Notes: generated from the sequence alone by a model not told the origin. A stretch of 64,000 nucleotides of DNA from an uncultured bacterium (GCA_963848965.1 CAWKFG010000004.1:704001-768000), one strand, 5' to 3'; shown: positions 28,069 through 39,477, counted from the first letter of the stretch. Numbers and translations are program-made.

Positions 28069-31000
28069 TTACTTAAAAAGAGCAGGATATTTCTCGTTCT
28101 TGTCAGTTCTTGCTACAAAAAAGAGGAGCTTTATGAATATGTCTTTTCTCTCTTGTTGTGCTGCTAATTTAAGGTCACTTATGGTAGGACGTGCACCTGC
28201 TGCAAGCAGATCGTTAATCAATTTTATATCTTCTCTTTTTATGGCATAAGAAAGAATAGTTACCCCTTTTCCGTCTGAAAGATTAATACCTCTACTACAA
28301 TAAGGAGCAAGCATACGAACTATAGTATAATTGCCGATAATGAAAGCATAATGTAAGGCAGTATATCCATAGTTATCTTGAGCATTAATATAGTATTGAG
28401 GTAAAGATAGCTTAAGCAGTGCTTGTACGTGCTCTACATGACCAAACATACATGCCCACATTAATACTGTTTGACCATACTCATCCCGTTGATACTTTCG
28501 TTTAAGAGAGGCTTGAGGATTCTTGAGGTACTGCTTTACTTCAGGATGTTGTGATATTTCTAAAATTTGAACTACTGTATCATTCCTTTGTGATATCCTT
28601 TCTTTAGCGCACCTGTGCTTTTTTGCATTAATATCTAAACGAGCGCCTGCTTTAATGAGAGCACTTACGGTACTTAGTTTTCCTGATTCTGCAGCAGACA
28701 ATAAGGCTTTATTGCCAGCACTTTTTACATTAACTCCAGCTTCTTGAAGTTTCTCTATAACTTCACCATGACCTGCATAAGCAGCTTTATGCAAAGTTGA
28801 CTTACCGACTTCAGTTTGTCCCTTAAGCGTTATACCGGCCTTAATAAGCATATCTGCAATCTCTTTTTGACCCTTACTGAATGCTTCTACAAGAGCAAAT
28901 TGCCCTTGCATTTGAATATTAAGCTTACTATTGTTAAGAAGCATTTCAACAATATCTTTTTGACCGTGTCCTGCAGCAATTTCTAAAATATATAGTAATC
29001 GATCGCCTTGCTTATTATACCAAAATGCACGGATTCCCTCATTTATATCAAGCCCTCTTTCTAAAAGATCTCTGAGTAGGGCACAATCACCAACTTGAGC
29101 TGCATAAACACCTAATATCCTTAACTGTTCAGGAGATTGAGTATTTTGCAAACTGCTTTTTAATAAAAGCTGTACACAATCTTTTTTAAGTGCTTTTGCA
29201 GCATATTCTAAAGCAGTAAGACCTTCTGTAGAGCGCGCATGAGGATCTACTCCTTTTTCTATAAAGAGCTTTACGAGCTCTAAAGATCCAGTTTCTGCTG
29301 CTTTCATTAAAACAGTTTCTCCTTTATTGTTTTTTATATAAGAATCTGCTCCATACTCTAAAAGGTATTTTGTCAATATGTCTTTGTTTTCTTGTGAAAC
29401 TATATAAGACGTAGAATGTTCTGCTATTTGCATTAACGTGGTATTTCCGTTTTCATCTTGAGCATTGCTATCTGCCCCACGCTCTAGAAGGTAAGACAGA
29501 ATTTCTTTACTACCTCGTCCAGCTGCCATCATAAGGGCTGTTCTACCTTCACTATTTTTTACATTAATCGGCGTTCCCTTCTCAAGAAGGGGAGCAATTA
29601 TTTCTAGTATTAGCTTTTCAGGAATTTTTTTCCACCAGTCAGAATGTATGGCCATCATTAATGCAGTACACCCTTTACCATCGCTCATAGTAACATCAGC
29701 ACCTCGATCGATAAGAAGTTTTATTCCCTCTATCCAACGCATACCCGCGGTTACACAGAGAGGAAGGCTGCCCTTAGCACAGATTTTATTAACAGATGCT
29801 CCATGATCTAGTAAAAGAGAAGCGATTTCAAGATTTTTACTTCTTAGAACAATAATAAGCATCGGTTCATTATACTGATTTGTTGCATTAGCATCTATGC
29901 CTGCTTTTAAGAACATTTTAGTAGCCTCAACATCACCTATATTTACAGCCTCTACAAAAGCTCTTTTAACAGATGGGTTTTCTACATCAATCGATTTGGA
30001 TGTAAGTCTTTCGAGTGCTTTTAAATTTCTCTCACATACAGCTTTCAGAAACTTGTTTTGCGGATAATGATGACGCTTTCGTTTTAACGCAGGAGAATTT
30101 TCTTGCAAAGTAGGAGTATAGTGTTCAATTTGCAAAGGGAGCTCAAAAGGTGCTTCTACACGTGGTTGTATATCTTCTTCAAATTCCATTGGCACCGGTT
30201 GCACAGGCACGGGGACTGCAGGTTCATCAACAACTGCTTGCAAACGGTTTTTATGTGGTACAAGGAGCCTATGTATCGCAGCTGAGCAATGAATTGCTGC
30301 CAATGAAAAAACATCTTTCTGCTCAGTATTAGTAATATATACATCAGCATTATGCTCTAATAATAGAGCTGCAGCTTCACGATTGTCTTTTATAATTGCA
30401 TGCATAAGTGCAGTATTGCCTTCTTTATCTTGTATATTTAAATGTACACCAGCATTAATAAGAATACGTAGTATTTCACTATTGCCTACAAACACTGCCC
30501 ACATAAGAGCAGTAGAGCCACCAGCATCCTGAGCATCTAAAAAAGGCTTATATTGTAACAGCAGCTTTACCATGTCAGGTCGTTGTGTATATACCGCCCA
30601 TATCAAAGGAGTACAATTATTTTGACCACGCACATTAATATTAATACCCTGTCGCATCATTTCTTCGACAAATTCTTTGTGCTGTGCATCAATAGCAATC
30701 ATAAAAGCTTCTGTAAAAGTAGCCTCTGTGATATAGCAGCCCGTATCTAACTCATTAAGAATTTTTATTAGATCTGCTTTTCCTCTATGTGCTGCCATAA
30801 TAAGTGTTGCTCTATATATTTTACCTTCAACAATAACGTCAGTGTTCATCTCAGTAAGCTGCCTCATAATATCATAATGACCATTGAGGCCTGCAATTAA
30901 AAAAGCGCTCAGACCTGTATTATTTACTCTATTAATGTAGGTACAACGCTGCCAAGAACTTTTTATACCGTCTAAAAGTATTTTGGCAATAGCTAGATGT

Positions 31001-31569
31001 CCTTCTGCTAATGCCATCATAAGAGCAGTATCTCCTTGTTCGTTCCATACATCTATCTCAGCGCCTGCTGCAATAAGACGCTGAACTGTTTCTATATCAC
31101 CGGCACTTGCTGCAAGCATAAGAGGTGTATTTTCAAGACCCCCTTGCACATTTACTTGAGCTCCCCTTTTTATAAGAAGGTCAACAATTTGAGTATATCC
31201 TTGAGAGGCTGCGCAAATAAGAGCAGTATTGCCTTCAATATTGCGTGCATTAACATCTATATCATATGAAAGAATCATTTTTACGCAATCATAATGACCT
31301 TGGAATGCTGCAATTATCAGAGGAGTATTTCCCACCTTTGTACATACGCCATCTTTAGAATAAAACTCTTTATAAGCTAAGAGTTTCTCTGCATCGCCAA
31401 CACACAATATGTGCCAAAAATCAGCAAGTCGACTCTCCCCATTATCGTCTGTACGAGCTTCCTTAGAAGGTTCAAAATCTTTTTCTTGTACCGCCCTTTT
31501 CATCCCATAATTTTCATTGCTCACAAGCAGAGCGATTGCTAATACTAACAGCACTGTGATATTTTTCAT
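28069..31569 (-). CDS. Large secreted ankyrin-repeat protein
   Basis: Many ankyrin repeats in two blocks split by a Pro/Glu-rich linker with PALKRKR; signal peptide NYG|MKR; start at ATG 31569. Confidence 0.93.
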   Translation of the reverse strand: MKNITVLLVLAIALLVSNENYGMKRAVQEKDFEPSKEARTDDNGESRLADFWHILCVGDAEKLLAYKEFYSKDGVCTKVGNTPLIIAAFQGHYDCVKMILSYDIDVNARNIEGNTALICAASQGYTQIVDLLIKRGAQVNVQGGLENTPLMLAASAGDIETVQRLIAAGAEIDVWNEQGDTALMMALAEGHLAIAKILLDGIKSSWQRCTYINRVNNTGLSAFLIAGLNGHYDIMRQLTEMNTDVIVEGKIYRATLIMAAHRGKADLIKILNELDTGCYITEATFTEAFMIAIDAQHKEFVEEMMRQGININVRGQNNCTPLIWAVYTQRPDMVKLLLQYKPFLDAQDAGGSTALMWAVFVGNSEILRILINAGVHLNIQDKEGNTALMHAIIKDNREAAALLLEHNADVYITNTEQKDVFSLAAIHCSAAIHRLLVPHKNRLQAVVDEPAVPVPVQPVPMEFEEDIQPRVEAPFELPLQIEHYTPTLQENSPALKRKRHHYPQNKFLKAVCERNLKALERLTSKSIDVENPSVKRAFVEAVNIGDVEATKMFLKAGIDANATNQYNEPMLIIVLRSKNLEIASLLLDHGASVNKICAKGSLPLCVTAGMRWIEGIKLLIDRGADVTMSDGKGCTALMMAIHSDWWKKIPEKLILEIIAPLLEKGTPINVKNSEGRTALMMAAGRGSKEILSYLLERGADSNAQDENGNTTLMQIAEHSTSYIVSQENKDILTKYLLEYGADSYIKNNKGETVLMKAAETGSLELVKLFIEKGVDPHARSTEGLTALEYAAKALKKDCVQLLLKSSLQNTQSPEQLRILGVYAAQVGDCALLRDLLERGLDINEGIRAFWYNKQGDRLLYILEIAAGHGQKDIVEMLLNNSKLNIQMQGQFALVEAFSKGQKEIADMLIKAGITLKGQTEVGKSTLHKAAYAGHGEVIEKLQEAGVNVKSAGNKALLSAAESGKLSTVSALIKAGARLDINAKKHRCAKERISQRNDTVVQILEISQHPEVKQYLKNPQASLKRKYQRDEYGQTVLMWACMFGHVEHVQALLKLSLPQYYINAQDNYGYTALHYAFIIGNYTIVRMLAPYCSRGINLSDGKGVTILSYAIKREDIKLINDLLAAGARPTISDLKLAAQQERKDIFIKLLFFVARTDKNEKYPALFK

Positions 31570-31793
31570 GTCTCTCTTTACTCTTATTTTTATTACTTTC
31601 TCTAAAGAAAGCATGCTCTATAGAGCTATACATTATTAAAGTTATTTATATTTTAGAATTATACCATGGATAGTTTAAAATTCAAATAGATAACAAAATA
31701 TAGAAAAACGTTTTTATCACCAAAGTACTTGATTTCACTTACAGCTTTTATTACAGTGGATCTGATTGAAAGTATTTAAGCCAAAGGAGTATT

Positions 31794-33320
31794 ATGAAGT
31801 CTATCTCCATCTATTCATGTGTTCTTACAGCATTGCTAAGTGCATCATATATCTCTTGCGAGGAACAACGTATGAAAACAAAAGTTACAGCGCCTGTTCA
31901 AGTAGGGCTTAAAGTTGTACTTGATAACATTAATCTTCCTACTGTTATTAAGACCGCGATACTGCCAGGTGATAAACATGAAAGCCTTATTGTTCTTACA
32001 CAACCAGGAGAAATTTTAGTTTTACGCAAAGGTAAAATGCAGAAAGTGCTTGATCTCAGTTTTGCTACCGGTGGTCCTATAGTAAAGTTAGGGAACGTTT
32101 CAGGTGACGTAACCTATGACGAACGAGGACTCCTTGGCATAGAGTTTCATCCTGATTTTACTACAAATGGCCGCTTTTTCCTTTACTACTCTACACAAGA
32201 CAATACACAGAAATTGAGAGAGCTTGTTGATAGTCCAGATCCCTGTAATCCGAAGACGATCACCCATGCTTGGACAGATGAAAGTAAATATAGTCATGTT
32301 AACGTAGTAGAAGAGTGGAAATGGAACACTATAGCTGATATTAAGCGAGTAAGAAGACTTTTAAGCATTAAACATCCGTTCTTTAACCACAGCTCAATTA
32401 ATAACCTTTTTTGGTCAGAAGAATTTGATAAACTCTTGCTTTTAACAGGTGACGGCGGTTTTCGAGATGGTCCTTTTAATTTATCACAGAATGATAAGTA
32501 CTTTCATGGCAAAGTAATAGCGCTTAATCTTAATTCCCCTGTATGGCGTACCTATAAATCACAACCTGTTGCTCGATTTGCTGAACTTCCTCCAAGAGTT
32601 CGTAGACAAGTAGAAACGCTTATCAAAGGTGTAAGGAACTGGTCTGGTCTTACTGAGTTCCGTAGTATTAAAGATGAGAGAAGCATTAAGTTTGTAGGAC
32701 AACCAGGACAAGATTTTGTTGAAGCAGTTTTTGCCTTTAAGAAGTTTTATACACGGGACAAATATGGCAAAAAGAGGCCACTCAACTTTGGTTGGCGCGC
32801 TTTTGAAGGGAGTTGGCCAACAACACATTACCGTGACTGCACAACTAATACTCCTAGCCCACGAGCAAGTCACTTATTAGGTGTCACCTACCCTCAAGAA
32901 GCAGTAGCTCTCAATGTAGAACGTAGAATTCCTTATTTCGAATATTTCCATCAGGACAAACGGCCTGGTAAAGTTGAAGGAGTCTGTATTACCGCTCAAC
33001 AAGTATATAGAGGAAATGCTCTTAAAGGGCTTAAAAACCACCTTATTGTCTCTGATTGGGCACAAAATAGCGGTGCTGCATTTCCTACAGGAATGCCTAT
33101 TAGCTTAGGGTTTCTCATTCATGTACCAATAGATCATAAACTTACAAAGCTTCATGACTATGAAAAAATAGATATTGCTTATGACTTTAAAAAGCCTGCT
33201 TTCTTTGTTTCTTTAGGAGCAAATAAGCGGCAAACACGAGTATTTTTAGGAACGTATGAAACAGCCGGGACTACGACCCCTGGTTTAGGTACCGTTTTTG
33301 AACTTGTTCCTGCACCATAA
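31794..33320 (+). CDS. PQQ-dependent glucose/sorbosone dehydrogenase-like beta-propeller
   Basis: DERGLLGIEFHPDFTTNGRFFLYYS, FFNH, TGDGG, GVRN, NFGWRAFEG; signal peptide. Confidence 0.8.
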   Translation: MKSISIYSCVLTALLSASYISCEEQRMKTKVTAPVQVGLKVVLDNINLPTVIKTAILPGDKHESLIVLTQPGEILVLRKGKMQKVLDLSFATGGPIVKLGNVSGDVTYDERGLLGIEFHPDFTTNGRFFLYYSTQDNTQKLRELVDSPDPCNPKTITHAWTDESKYSHVNVVEEWKWNTIADIKRVRRLLSIKHPFFNHSSINNLFWSEEFDKLLLLTGDGGFRDGPFNLSQNDKYFHGKVIALNLNSPVWRTYKSQPVARFAELPPRVRRQVETLIKGVRNWSGLTEFRSIKDERSIKFVGQPGQDFVEAVFAFKKFYTRDKYGKKRPLNFGWRAFEGSWPTTHYRDCTTNTPSPRASHLLGVTYPQEAVALNVERRIPYFEYFHQDKRPGKVEGVCITAQQVYRGNALKGLKNHLIVSDWAQNSGAAFPTGMPISLGFLIHVPIDHKLTKLHDYEKIDIAYDFKKPAFFVSLGANKRQTRVFLGTYETAGTTTPGLGTVFELVPAP

Positions 33321-33322
33321 GC

Positions 33323-33346
33323 AAGGGCTGCTTCAAAGCAGCCCTT
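33323..33346 (+). terminator. Intrinsic terminator
   Basis: AAGGGCTGCTT-CA-AAGCAGCCCTT followed by T-rich sequence, directly after the stop. Confidence 0.75.
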
Positions 33347-33576
33347 TTCTCTTGATTAGAGCTCCCTTAGAAAGAAGTTCAGATGTCTTTTAGATAAACT
33401 TTTTAATTTTTATATCATAATTGTAATAAACACGAAGAAGTGTGTCAAATTTCCTTAACGTAACGCCACTGAAGGTCGAGAACTGATAAATTTGCAGTAA
33501 CTCTACATTGACCACACATTTCTATCAGCCCAGATAAGACAAAAGCTATGCATTTATTAATATAAAGTACATTGAT

Positions 33577-35127
33577 CTATAAAGTCCAAACATTAATTTC
33601 CTTAGAATTGAAAGAAAGAGACTCATGAGAAATCTTTTCTTCCCAGCTTTTGTTTGGATCTCTGTCAAAAATTACGAGATGCCCTTCATGAGCACCACAT
33701 AAATCTATATATTCTGCTGTCTGCTCTAAGCCTTGTTTAAGAGTATCTTCCCCATATTTAATCTTAAGCTCAACAATATATCTGACATTTTTCCAGGAAA
33801 CGAAGAGATCTACTCTTTTTCTTCCTAATGCATACTCCCGATGTAGAGTCCCCCCGCCATTAATAATTCGTTGGAGGAACGCCATTAACAGCAAATGAGG
33901 AAATGATTCCTGATACTGAAACTGCGGTCCTAATGCTTGTGAGTTTTCTCGAAAGAATTGAGTAAATGCAGCAAGTAGTTTATTCATATTAAGCTTACCA
34001 GAAGGCTCTACATACCAAGAAGTTTGATGAGAAATGGTTTCCTGCAATACTGAGGTAAGAGTTCTTGGTATAACTTCTTGATAGATAGGATTAGCGATTT
34101 CCCACTTATTTTTTTTAACCAGGCCAATATCTCGTGTATACTGAATATCATCAATATTCAAAGAAAGAGGTTCTGTAGAGCCACTTATAATAACATCGAT
34201 AACTCGCCTTACTCTATCTTCATTAAGTTTATCAAACAAAGAATCAAGATGTGTATCTCTGCGTATAATAAGCTGCTCTTTTGCACGCTCTATAATCTCT
34301 TTAGTAATAGGCACAGTTCTATCAGTAATATCGTTAAAGCATGCCTGATATGCAAGAGCATTAACGAGCCATGGTTGCCCTTGCGTTAAACAGTAAGCAT
34401 ATTCTAGTGCTTCATCAGTAAATTCTTGCCCTGTTTCTGCTGTATGTTGAAGATAAAGATTTCTTACCTGTTCTTGCGTAAAATTAGAAAGTGTTAAAGA
34501 TAGAGCCTTAATATTAAAAGGACTACTCGTAGAAACATATACTCCAGATTCTTTAGACCACACTCTATAATCTCTTACATCTCTCAGACCAATAAGACAT
34601 ACCGATTGTGGAAATCTTTCTGGCCGTTGATTAAATCCTGCTCGTATTTGTCTGAGTACAGAAAGCAAAGAATCACCAATTAAAGAATCTATTTCATCAA
34701 TAAAAAGAATAACTGGTCTTTTTGATGTTTGCGCAAAAAAGCGTAATGCATTAAGCAAAAGACTGAGGGTAATTGGGTAGATTTTGATCATCTCTTTTAA
34801 ATGATCTGCAATTTCTTGCTGTTCATGAAGTTGTGTAGCAATAGCATTTGAAAGTTCTTCTACAATAGTAAGCAGTGCTTTTTCTACATTATCACGCGCA
34901 GCTTGTGCAGGTTCAATATTCATGTAAAGAGCTGCATACTTACCATTACTGTTAAGATGATGTATAAATTCCTCAATAGCAGTAGTCTTGCCGCTTTGTC
35001 GTGGAGCATGAAGCACAAAATAAAACTTTTGCTCAATAAAACTTTGAAGTTGATCCCAGTCAAGACGCCGAGGAATATAATAGTGATCCTGAGGAATAAT
35101 AGGACCTGCTATACAAAATGTTTTCAC
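33577..35127 (-). CDS. AAA-like ATPase (AAA_35-like) with C-terminal PD-(D/E)XK-type domain
   Basis: F.IAGP, HAPRQSGKTT, FIDEID, SPFNIK, TQGQPWLVN, REYALGRKRVDL..VELK. Confidence 0.85.
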   Translation of the reverse strand: MKTFCIAGPIIPQDHYYIPRRLDWDQLQSFIEQKFYFVLHAPRQSGKTTAIEEFIHHLNSNGKYAALYMNIEPAQAARDNVEKALLTIVEELSNAIATQLHEQQEIADHLKEMIKIYPITLSLLLNALRFFAQTSKRPVILFIDEIDSLIGDSLLSVLRQIRAGFNQRPERFPQSVCLIGLRDVRDYRVWSKESGVYVSTSSPFNIKALSLTLSNFTQEQVRNLYLQHTAETGQEFTDEALEYAYCLTQGQPWLVNALAYQACFNDITDRTVPITKEIIERAKEQLIIRRDTHLDSLFDKLNEDRVRRVIDVIISGSTEPLSLNIDDIQYTRDIGLVKKNKWEIANPIYQEVIPRTLTSVLQETISHQTSWYVEPSGKLNMNKLLAAFTQFFRENSQALGPQFQYQESFPHLLLMAFLQRIINGGGTLHREYALGRKRVDLFVSWKNVRYIVELKIKYGEDTLKQGLEQTAEYIDLCGAHEGHLVIFDRDPNKSWEEKISHESLSFNSKEINVWTL

Positions 35128-35306
35128 GTAAACTCCATGGATAAAAGCTGGGTTGGAGTCTTAAATAGACCATTCAAAAGCAGCATACTGAATAACTGCA
35201 CTAGCATTATTACTAAGTTTACAAAGTCTATGTATTATTAGCAAGAGCAGATGCTCTCTACTGCCATTAAGCATCCTTTTGAAGACACCTAATAAAGGCT
35301 GCTCTT

Positions 35307-35843
35307 TCAAAGCTTACAGCAAAGTGAAAGCAATCGGCCTTTTTTTCCTTTTTTAATGAATCCTGCTTTCTTAAACGCTCGTATTGCTGCATAATTATAA
35401 TCAAAGACTTCTAATTTTGCTTGTTTAAGCTTTCTTTTTACTAGTGCTCTTTTAGCGTATTTAAGAAGATAAGCTCCGTACCCTTTCCCTCTAAAAGAAG
35501 GATGAACATATACTAGCGTAATCTCACCTTTCTTGTTATAAGCGATCACCCCTGCTGTTTTATTGCCTACTGCTAACATTTTAATGGAGTCTTTTAACCG
35601 ATCTTTAAGCACCTCTTTTAATGGTATAGAATTTCCTATCCCACCTACTAAGTAATCATATTCTGCTTTATATGCTCTTAACAGAAAGCCACTATCATAT
35701 TTTAGACTAAAGTTACGAATATGAACTTTTTTCTGAGTTTTCTTTTTTGTGTGCTGTGTATGGTGTTTCTTATGAACGGGTAAAAGAGGAGTGCCATAGA
35801 ACAAGACACTTACTACGAATAAGAGCGTTTTTAATTTAAACAT
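35307..35843 (-). CDS. GNAT family N-acetyltransferase with signal peptide
   Basis: LVYVHPSFRGKGYG acetyl-CoA motif, N.AAIRAFKKAGF; hydrophobic N-terminus, Lys/His-rich linker. Confidence 0.85.
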   Translation of the reverse strand: MFKLKTLLFVVSVLFYGTPLLPVHKKHHTQHTKKKTQKKVHIRNFSLKYDSGFLLRAYKAEYDYLVGGIGNSIPLKEVLKDRLKDSIKMLAVGNKTAGVIAYNKKGEITLVYVHPSFRGKGYGAYLLKYAKRALVKRKLKQAKLEVFDYNYAAIRAFKKAGFIKKGKKGRLLSLCCKL

Positions 35844-35885
35844 ACAATTTCCTAATTTTTGAGCTATTTTTAAATTTATATTACA

Positions 35886-35913
35886 ATTGTAGCCTATATA
35901 AGGGGTTTGTCAA
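35886..35913 (-). promoter_or_regulatory. Sigma70-type promoter for GNAT gene
   Basis: Minus strand TTGACA-N16-TACAAT about 40 bp upstream of the start. Confidence 0.5.
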
Positions 35914-36027
35914 ACCTCTTATGTATACATCATACGCTTAATTTTTTCTTATCCTTATACGTGACAAAAAAAACCAAAATATATACTCTAAAGCTAGAAA
36001 AAACAATTATATTCCTGGAGGCACTAT

Positions 36028-38592
36028 ATGAATCCAGAAAAGTTTACAACAGCTGTGCAAGAGCTTGTTAATAAAGCTATTATGCTTGCCCAAGAGCGTA
36101 AAAATCCAACATTACAACCATTACATTTGCTTGCCGCTGGGCTTGAAAATGAATTTTGCCTTTCATTTTGGCGTGTTCTTCAAGCAGATATAGGCGAGCT
36201 TAAGCGTCTTGTAGAAGATGAATTGCAAAAGCTTCCTGTAGTTACTGGAGGACAACTGAGTAGTGATTATAGTTTAGAAGATTTTTTAAAAGAATGTCAG
36301 AAAGAAGCAGATCAATTAGGTGACAGTTATATAAGTCTTGAACACTTTCTCATTGAATGGGCAGAAACACCATATTTACCTAAGTCTATGCAACAATTTT
36401 TTAAAGCTGCTCGAGTTACACGTTCTGCCATTCTTGCACATATGCAAACATTACGTAAGGGTAAAACAGTGAAAGAGAAAAATGCAGAAAATCAGTACCA
36501 AATGCTTGAACGGTATTGCCAAAATATTACCGATAAAGCACGTCGAGGCGAATTAGATCCTGTTATAGGAAGGCATGAAGAGATACGACGCGTAGTCCAA
36601 ATCCTCTCTCGACGTACAAAAAATAATCCTGTACTTATTGGTGAACCAGGCGTCGGTAAAACAGCTATTGTTGAAGGTATTGCCCAACGAATTATTAATA
36701 ATGATGTACCTGAAACGCTTAAAAACAATACTATCTACGCTCTTGATCTTGGTCTTTTAATTGCTGGTGCTAAATACCAAGGTGAATTTGAAGAGCGTCT
36801 TAAAGGGGTATTGCGAGAAATTGAAGAAGACGGTGACTCTATTATTCTCTTTATCGATGAACTTCATATGCTCGTAGGAGCTGGTGCAGCTGGCGGTGGC
36901 GGTATGGACGCTTCTAATTTACTTAAACCCGCACTTGCCCGAGGAACGTTACACTGTATTGGGGCAACAACTGTCAAGGAATACAAAAAGTATATCGAAA
37001 AGGATGCTGCGCTTGAACGAAGATTCCAAAAAGTGCTTGTAGAAGAACCTACTGTCGAAGATGCACTTTCCATTCTGCGTGGCCTTAAAGAAAAATACGA
37101 AATTCATCATGGAATTCGTATTAAAGATCAAGCACTTGTCAATGCAGTATTGCTTTCTGCCAAAAATATTCCTGAACGCTTTTTGCCAGATAAAGCTATT
37201 GATTTAGTAGACGAAGCTGCTGCTATGGTTCGTATGTCTATCGATTCACAACCAGAAGAACTGGATAGACTCGAGCGTACTATTAGACAGCTTGAGATTG
37301 AAAAAGTAGCATTGAGCAAAGAAAAAGATAATGAAGTAAGTAAAAAGAGGCTTGCAGATCTAGAAAAAGAGCTTGCCGATCTTAAAGAGCAGTTTCAAAC
37401 GCTACTTAATCAGTGGAAAGCAGAAAAAGCACCGCTTGCTACTATCAATAAACTGAAAGAAAAGATTGAATATACCCAGCAGTTATTTGCTCAAGCAGAA
37501 CGTGAAGGCGACTATGCTCGAGCGTCTGAAATTAAATATGGTACTCTGGTAAAATTGCAACAGGAACTTGCTAAAGAGCAAGAGAAGCTCCAAAGCCTTA
37601 AAACCAATCTTATACGAGAAGAAGTAGATGAAAACGATATAGCTATTGTACTTTCACGCTGGACAGGTATTCCTGCAGAAAAGCTACAAACGACCGAAAC
37701 ACAAAAGCTGCTTTCCATGGCAGAAACGCTCCAAGAGCGTGTAATAGGTCAAGATGAAGCAATTGAAGCAGTAACTCAAGCTATTTTACTTCACCGTACT
37801 GGACTTACAGATCCTAATCGCCCTATTGGCTCATTTCTGTTCTTAGGACCAACAGGAGTGGGAAAAACAGAAGTTGCTCGTTCACTTGCAGAATACCTTT
37901 TTGATGATCCAAAGAAAATGATCCGTATTGATATGTCTGAATACATGGAAAAGCATACAGTAGCGCGCCTGATTGGAGCTCCTCCTGGTTATGTAGGGTA
38001 CGAAGAAGGAGGTCAACTCACCGAAGCAGTACGCAGAAATCCTTATAGCGTTATTCTCTTTGATGAAATCGAAAAAGCGCATCCAGATGTATTTAATATT
38101 TTTTTACAGATACTTGATGAAGGACGACTCACTGATAGCCAAGGGCGTACTGTATCATTTAAAAACTGTATTCTTATTATGACCTCCAACATAGGGTCTG
38201 ATATAATACTTGAAGCAGAAGAGATAACACCTGAAGTTAAGCAATCGATTGAAAAGCTTTTACACAAATATTTTAGACCTGAGTTTTTAAATCGTATTGA
38301 TGCAATTGTATTCTTTAGAAGGCTCACACAAGAAGATGTTGCTCGTATTGCTCAATTACAAATTAAGCACCTTCAAGCACGCCTTACAGAACAAACTATC
38401 AAACTTATTGTTACGCCTGAAGCTCTTCAAGAGATAGCAAAATTAGGTTACGAAAAAGAGTTTGGAGCACGACCACTTAAAAGAGCCATTCAACGGTATA
38501 TTACAGTTCCTGTAAGCCAGCTTCTTTTAAAGAATCCAACCATTAAAAAAATAACAGTTTCAGTAGAAGATGGTCGCATTGTAGTAAAATAA
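36028..38592 (+). CDS. clpB: ATP-dependent chaperone ClpB
   Basis: [21 protein letters not shown], middle coiled-coil domain, [25 protein letters not shown]. Confidence 0.97.
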   Translation: MNPEKFTTAVQELVNKAIMLAQERKNPTLQPLHLLAAGLENEFCLSFWRVLQADIGELKRLVEDELQKLPVVTGGQLSSDYSLEDFLKECQKEADQLGDSYISLEHFLIEWAETPYLPKSMQQFFKAARVTRSAILAHMQTLRKGKTVKEKNAENQYQMLERYCQNITDKARRGELDPVIGRHEEIRRVVQILSRRTKNNPVLIGEPGVGKTAIVEGIAQRIINNDVPETLKNNTIYALDLGLLIAGAKYQGEFEERLKGVLREIEEDGDSIILFIDELHMLVGAGAAGGGGMDASNLLKPALARGTLHCIGATTVKEYKKYIEKDAALERRFQKVLVEEPTVEDALSILRGLKEKYEIHHGIRIKDQALVNAVLLSAKNIPERFLPDKAIDLVDEAAAMVRMSIDSQPEELDRLERTIRQLEIEKVALSKEKDNEVSKKRLADLEKELADLKEQFQTLLNQWKAEKAPLATINKLKEKIEYTQQLFAQAEREGDYARASEIKYGTLVKLQQELAKEQEKLQSLKTNLIREEVDENDIAIVLSRWTGIPAEKLQTTETQKLLSMAETLQERVIGQDEAIEAVTQAILLHRTGLTDPNRPIGSFLFLGPTGVGKTEVARSLAEYLFDDPKKMIRIDMSEYMEKHTVARLIGAPPGYVGYEEGGQLTEAVRRNPYSVILFDEIEKAHPDVFNIFLQILDEGRLTDSQGRTVSFKNCILIMTSNIGSDIILEAEEITPEVKQSIEKLLHKYFRPEFLNRIDAIVFFRRLTQEDVARIAQLQIKHLQARLTEQTIKLIVTPEALQEIAKLGYEKEFGARPLKRAIQRYITVPVSQLLLKNPTIKKITVSVEDGRIVVK

Positions 38593-38617
38593 TAAGAGCG
38601 GTATTATACCGCTCTTA
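38593..38617 (+). terminator. Hairpin after clpB
   Basis: TAAGAGCGGTA-TTA-TACCGCTCTTA. Confidence 0.6.
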
Positions 38618-38671
38618 AGCGCACTTAACGATAGAACAGCTACCTACAAACTCTATTACAGGGAGTTATGA

Positions 38672-39409
38672 GTGAAAAAGCTTATTGTTGCTAACTGGAA
38701 GATGCAATTTACGCATAATGAATCGCTTGCATGGGTGCACAAGCATGAACAAGAACTCATAAAAATCTGTAAACAAACAGACTGTACTTTTGTACTCTGC
38801 CCAACATTTACTACCCTTGCCTCTCTTACAGGTTCTTTACTCATCCGAGGAGCTCAAGATTGCTCTATCCACGAACAGGGTGCCTATACAGGAGATGTTT
38901 CAGTACTTTCTTTAAAAGAGCTTGGTTGCTCCTATTGTATTGTTGGTCATAGCGAACGGCGAATATACTGTAAAGAAACTACTGAAGACATTAAACAAAA
39001 AGTAGCGTTACTTATGCACCATAAAATTGAGCCTATCTTCTGTATTGGAGAAACAGCAGAACAAAAAGTACATGGCTCTACACAAAAAGCTCTTGAACAA
39101 CAGCTTCTACCTGTACTTAAACACATACAAAATGAGCCTTTTAATCGCATATGTATTGCTTATGAACCAGTTTGGGCAATTGGAACAGGAAAAATACCCA
39201 CCATAGAGGAGCTAAATTCTGTTATAGATTGGCTTCAGGGTTATGTGAAAAGCTCATTTCCTGCGCTTTCTTTCTCATTACTGTATGGTGGCAGTGTAAA
39301 TGATAAGAATATTCAAGAACTGAAAAACATAGAACGTTTGCAGGGGTTCTTACTTGGTAAAGCAAGTACTGATTTTCACGCTCTTAAATACATCATTACA
39401 GCACTATAA
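38672..39409 (+). CDS. tpiA: Triosephosphate isomerase
   Basis: ANWKM, GAYTGDVS, VGHSERR, AYEPVWAIGTG, LYGGSV. Confidence 0.97.
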   Translation: MKKLIVANWKMQFTHNESLAWVHKHEQELIKICKQTDCTFVLCPTFTTLASLTGSLLIRGAQDCSIHEQGAYTGDVSVLSLKELGCSYCIVGHSERRIYCKETTEDIKQKVALLMHHKIEPIFCIGETAEQKVHGSTQKALEQQLLPVLKHIQNEPFNRICIAYEPVWAIGTGKIPTIEELNSVIDWLQGYVKSSFPALSFSLLYGGSVNDKNIQELKNIERLQGFLLGKASTDFHALKYIITAL

Positions 39410-39421
39410 CCACAGAAAATT

Positions 39422-39448
39422 TTAAGGCCACTACTAGAGTGGCCTTAA
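39422..39448. terminator. Bidirectional intrinsic terminator
   Basis: TTAAGGCCACT-ACTAG-AGTGGCCTTAA between convergent genes. Confidence 0.7.
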
Positions 39449-39477
39449 TTTGTATGCTTTTAAGATAAACCTTGATC

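Noticed and set aside
27960..28090. PALFK C-termini as peroxisomal (PTS1) or prenylation signals
   Set aside because: They match neither the SKL-type tripeptide nor CaaX.
33400..33576. Possible small gene or RNA downstream of the AAA_35-like gene
   Set aside because: Only short frames without RBS or recognisable motifs, and no convincing structure.
35845..36027. CIRCE or other heat-shock operator upstream of clpB
   Set aside because: No TTAGCACTC-N9-GAGTGCTAA match seen.
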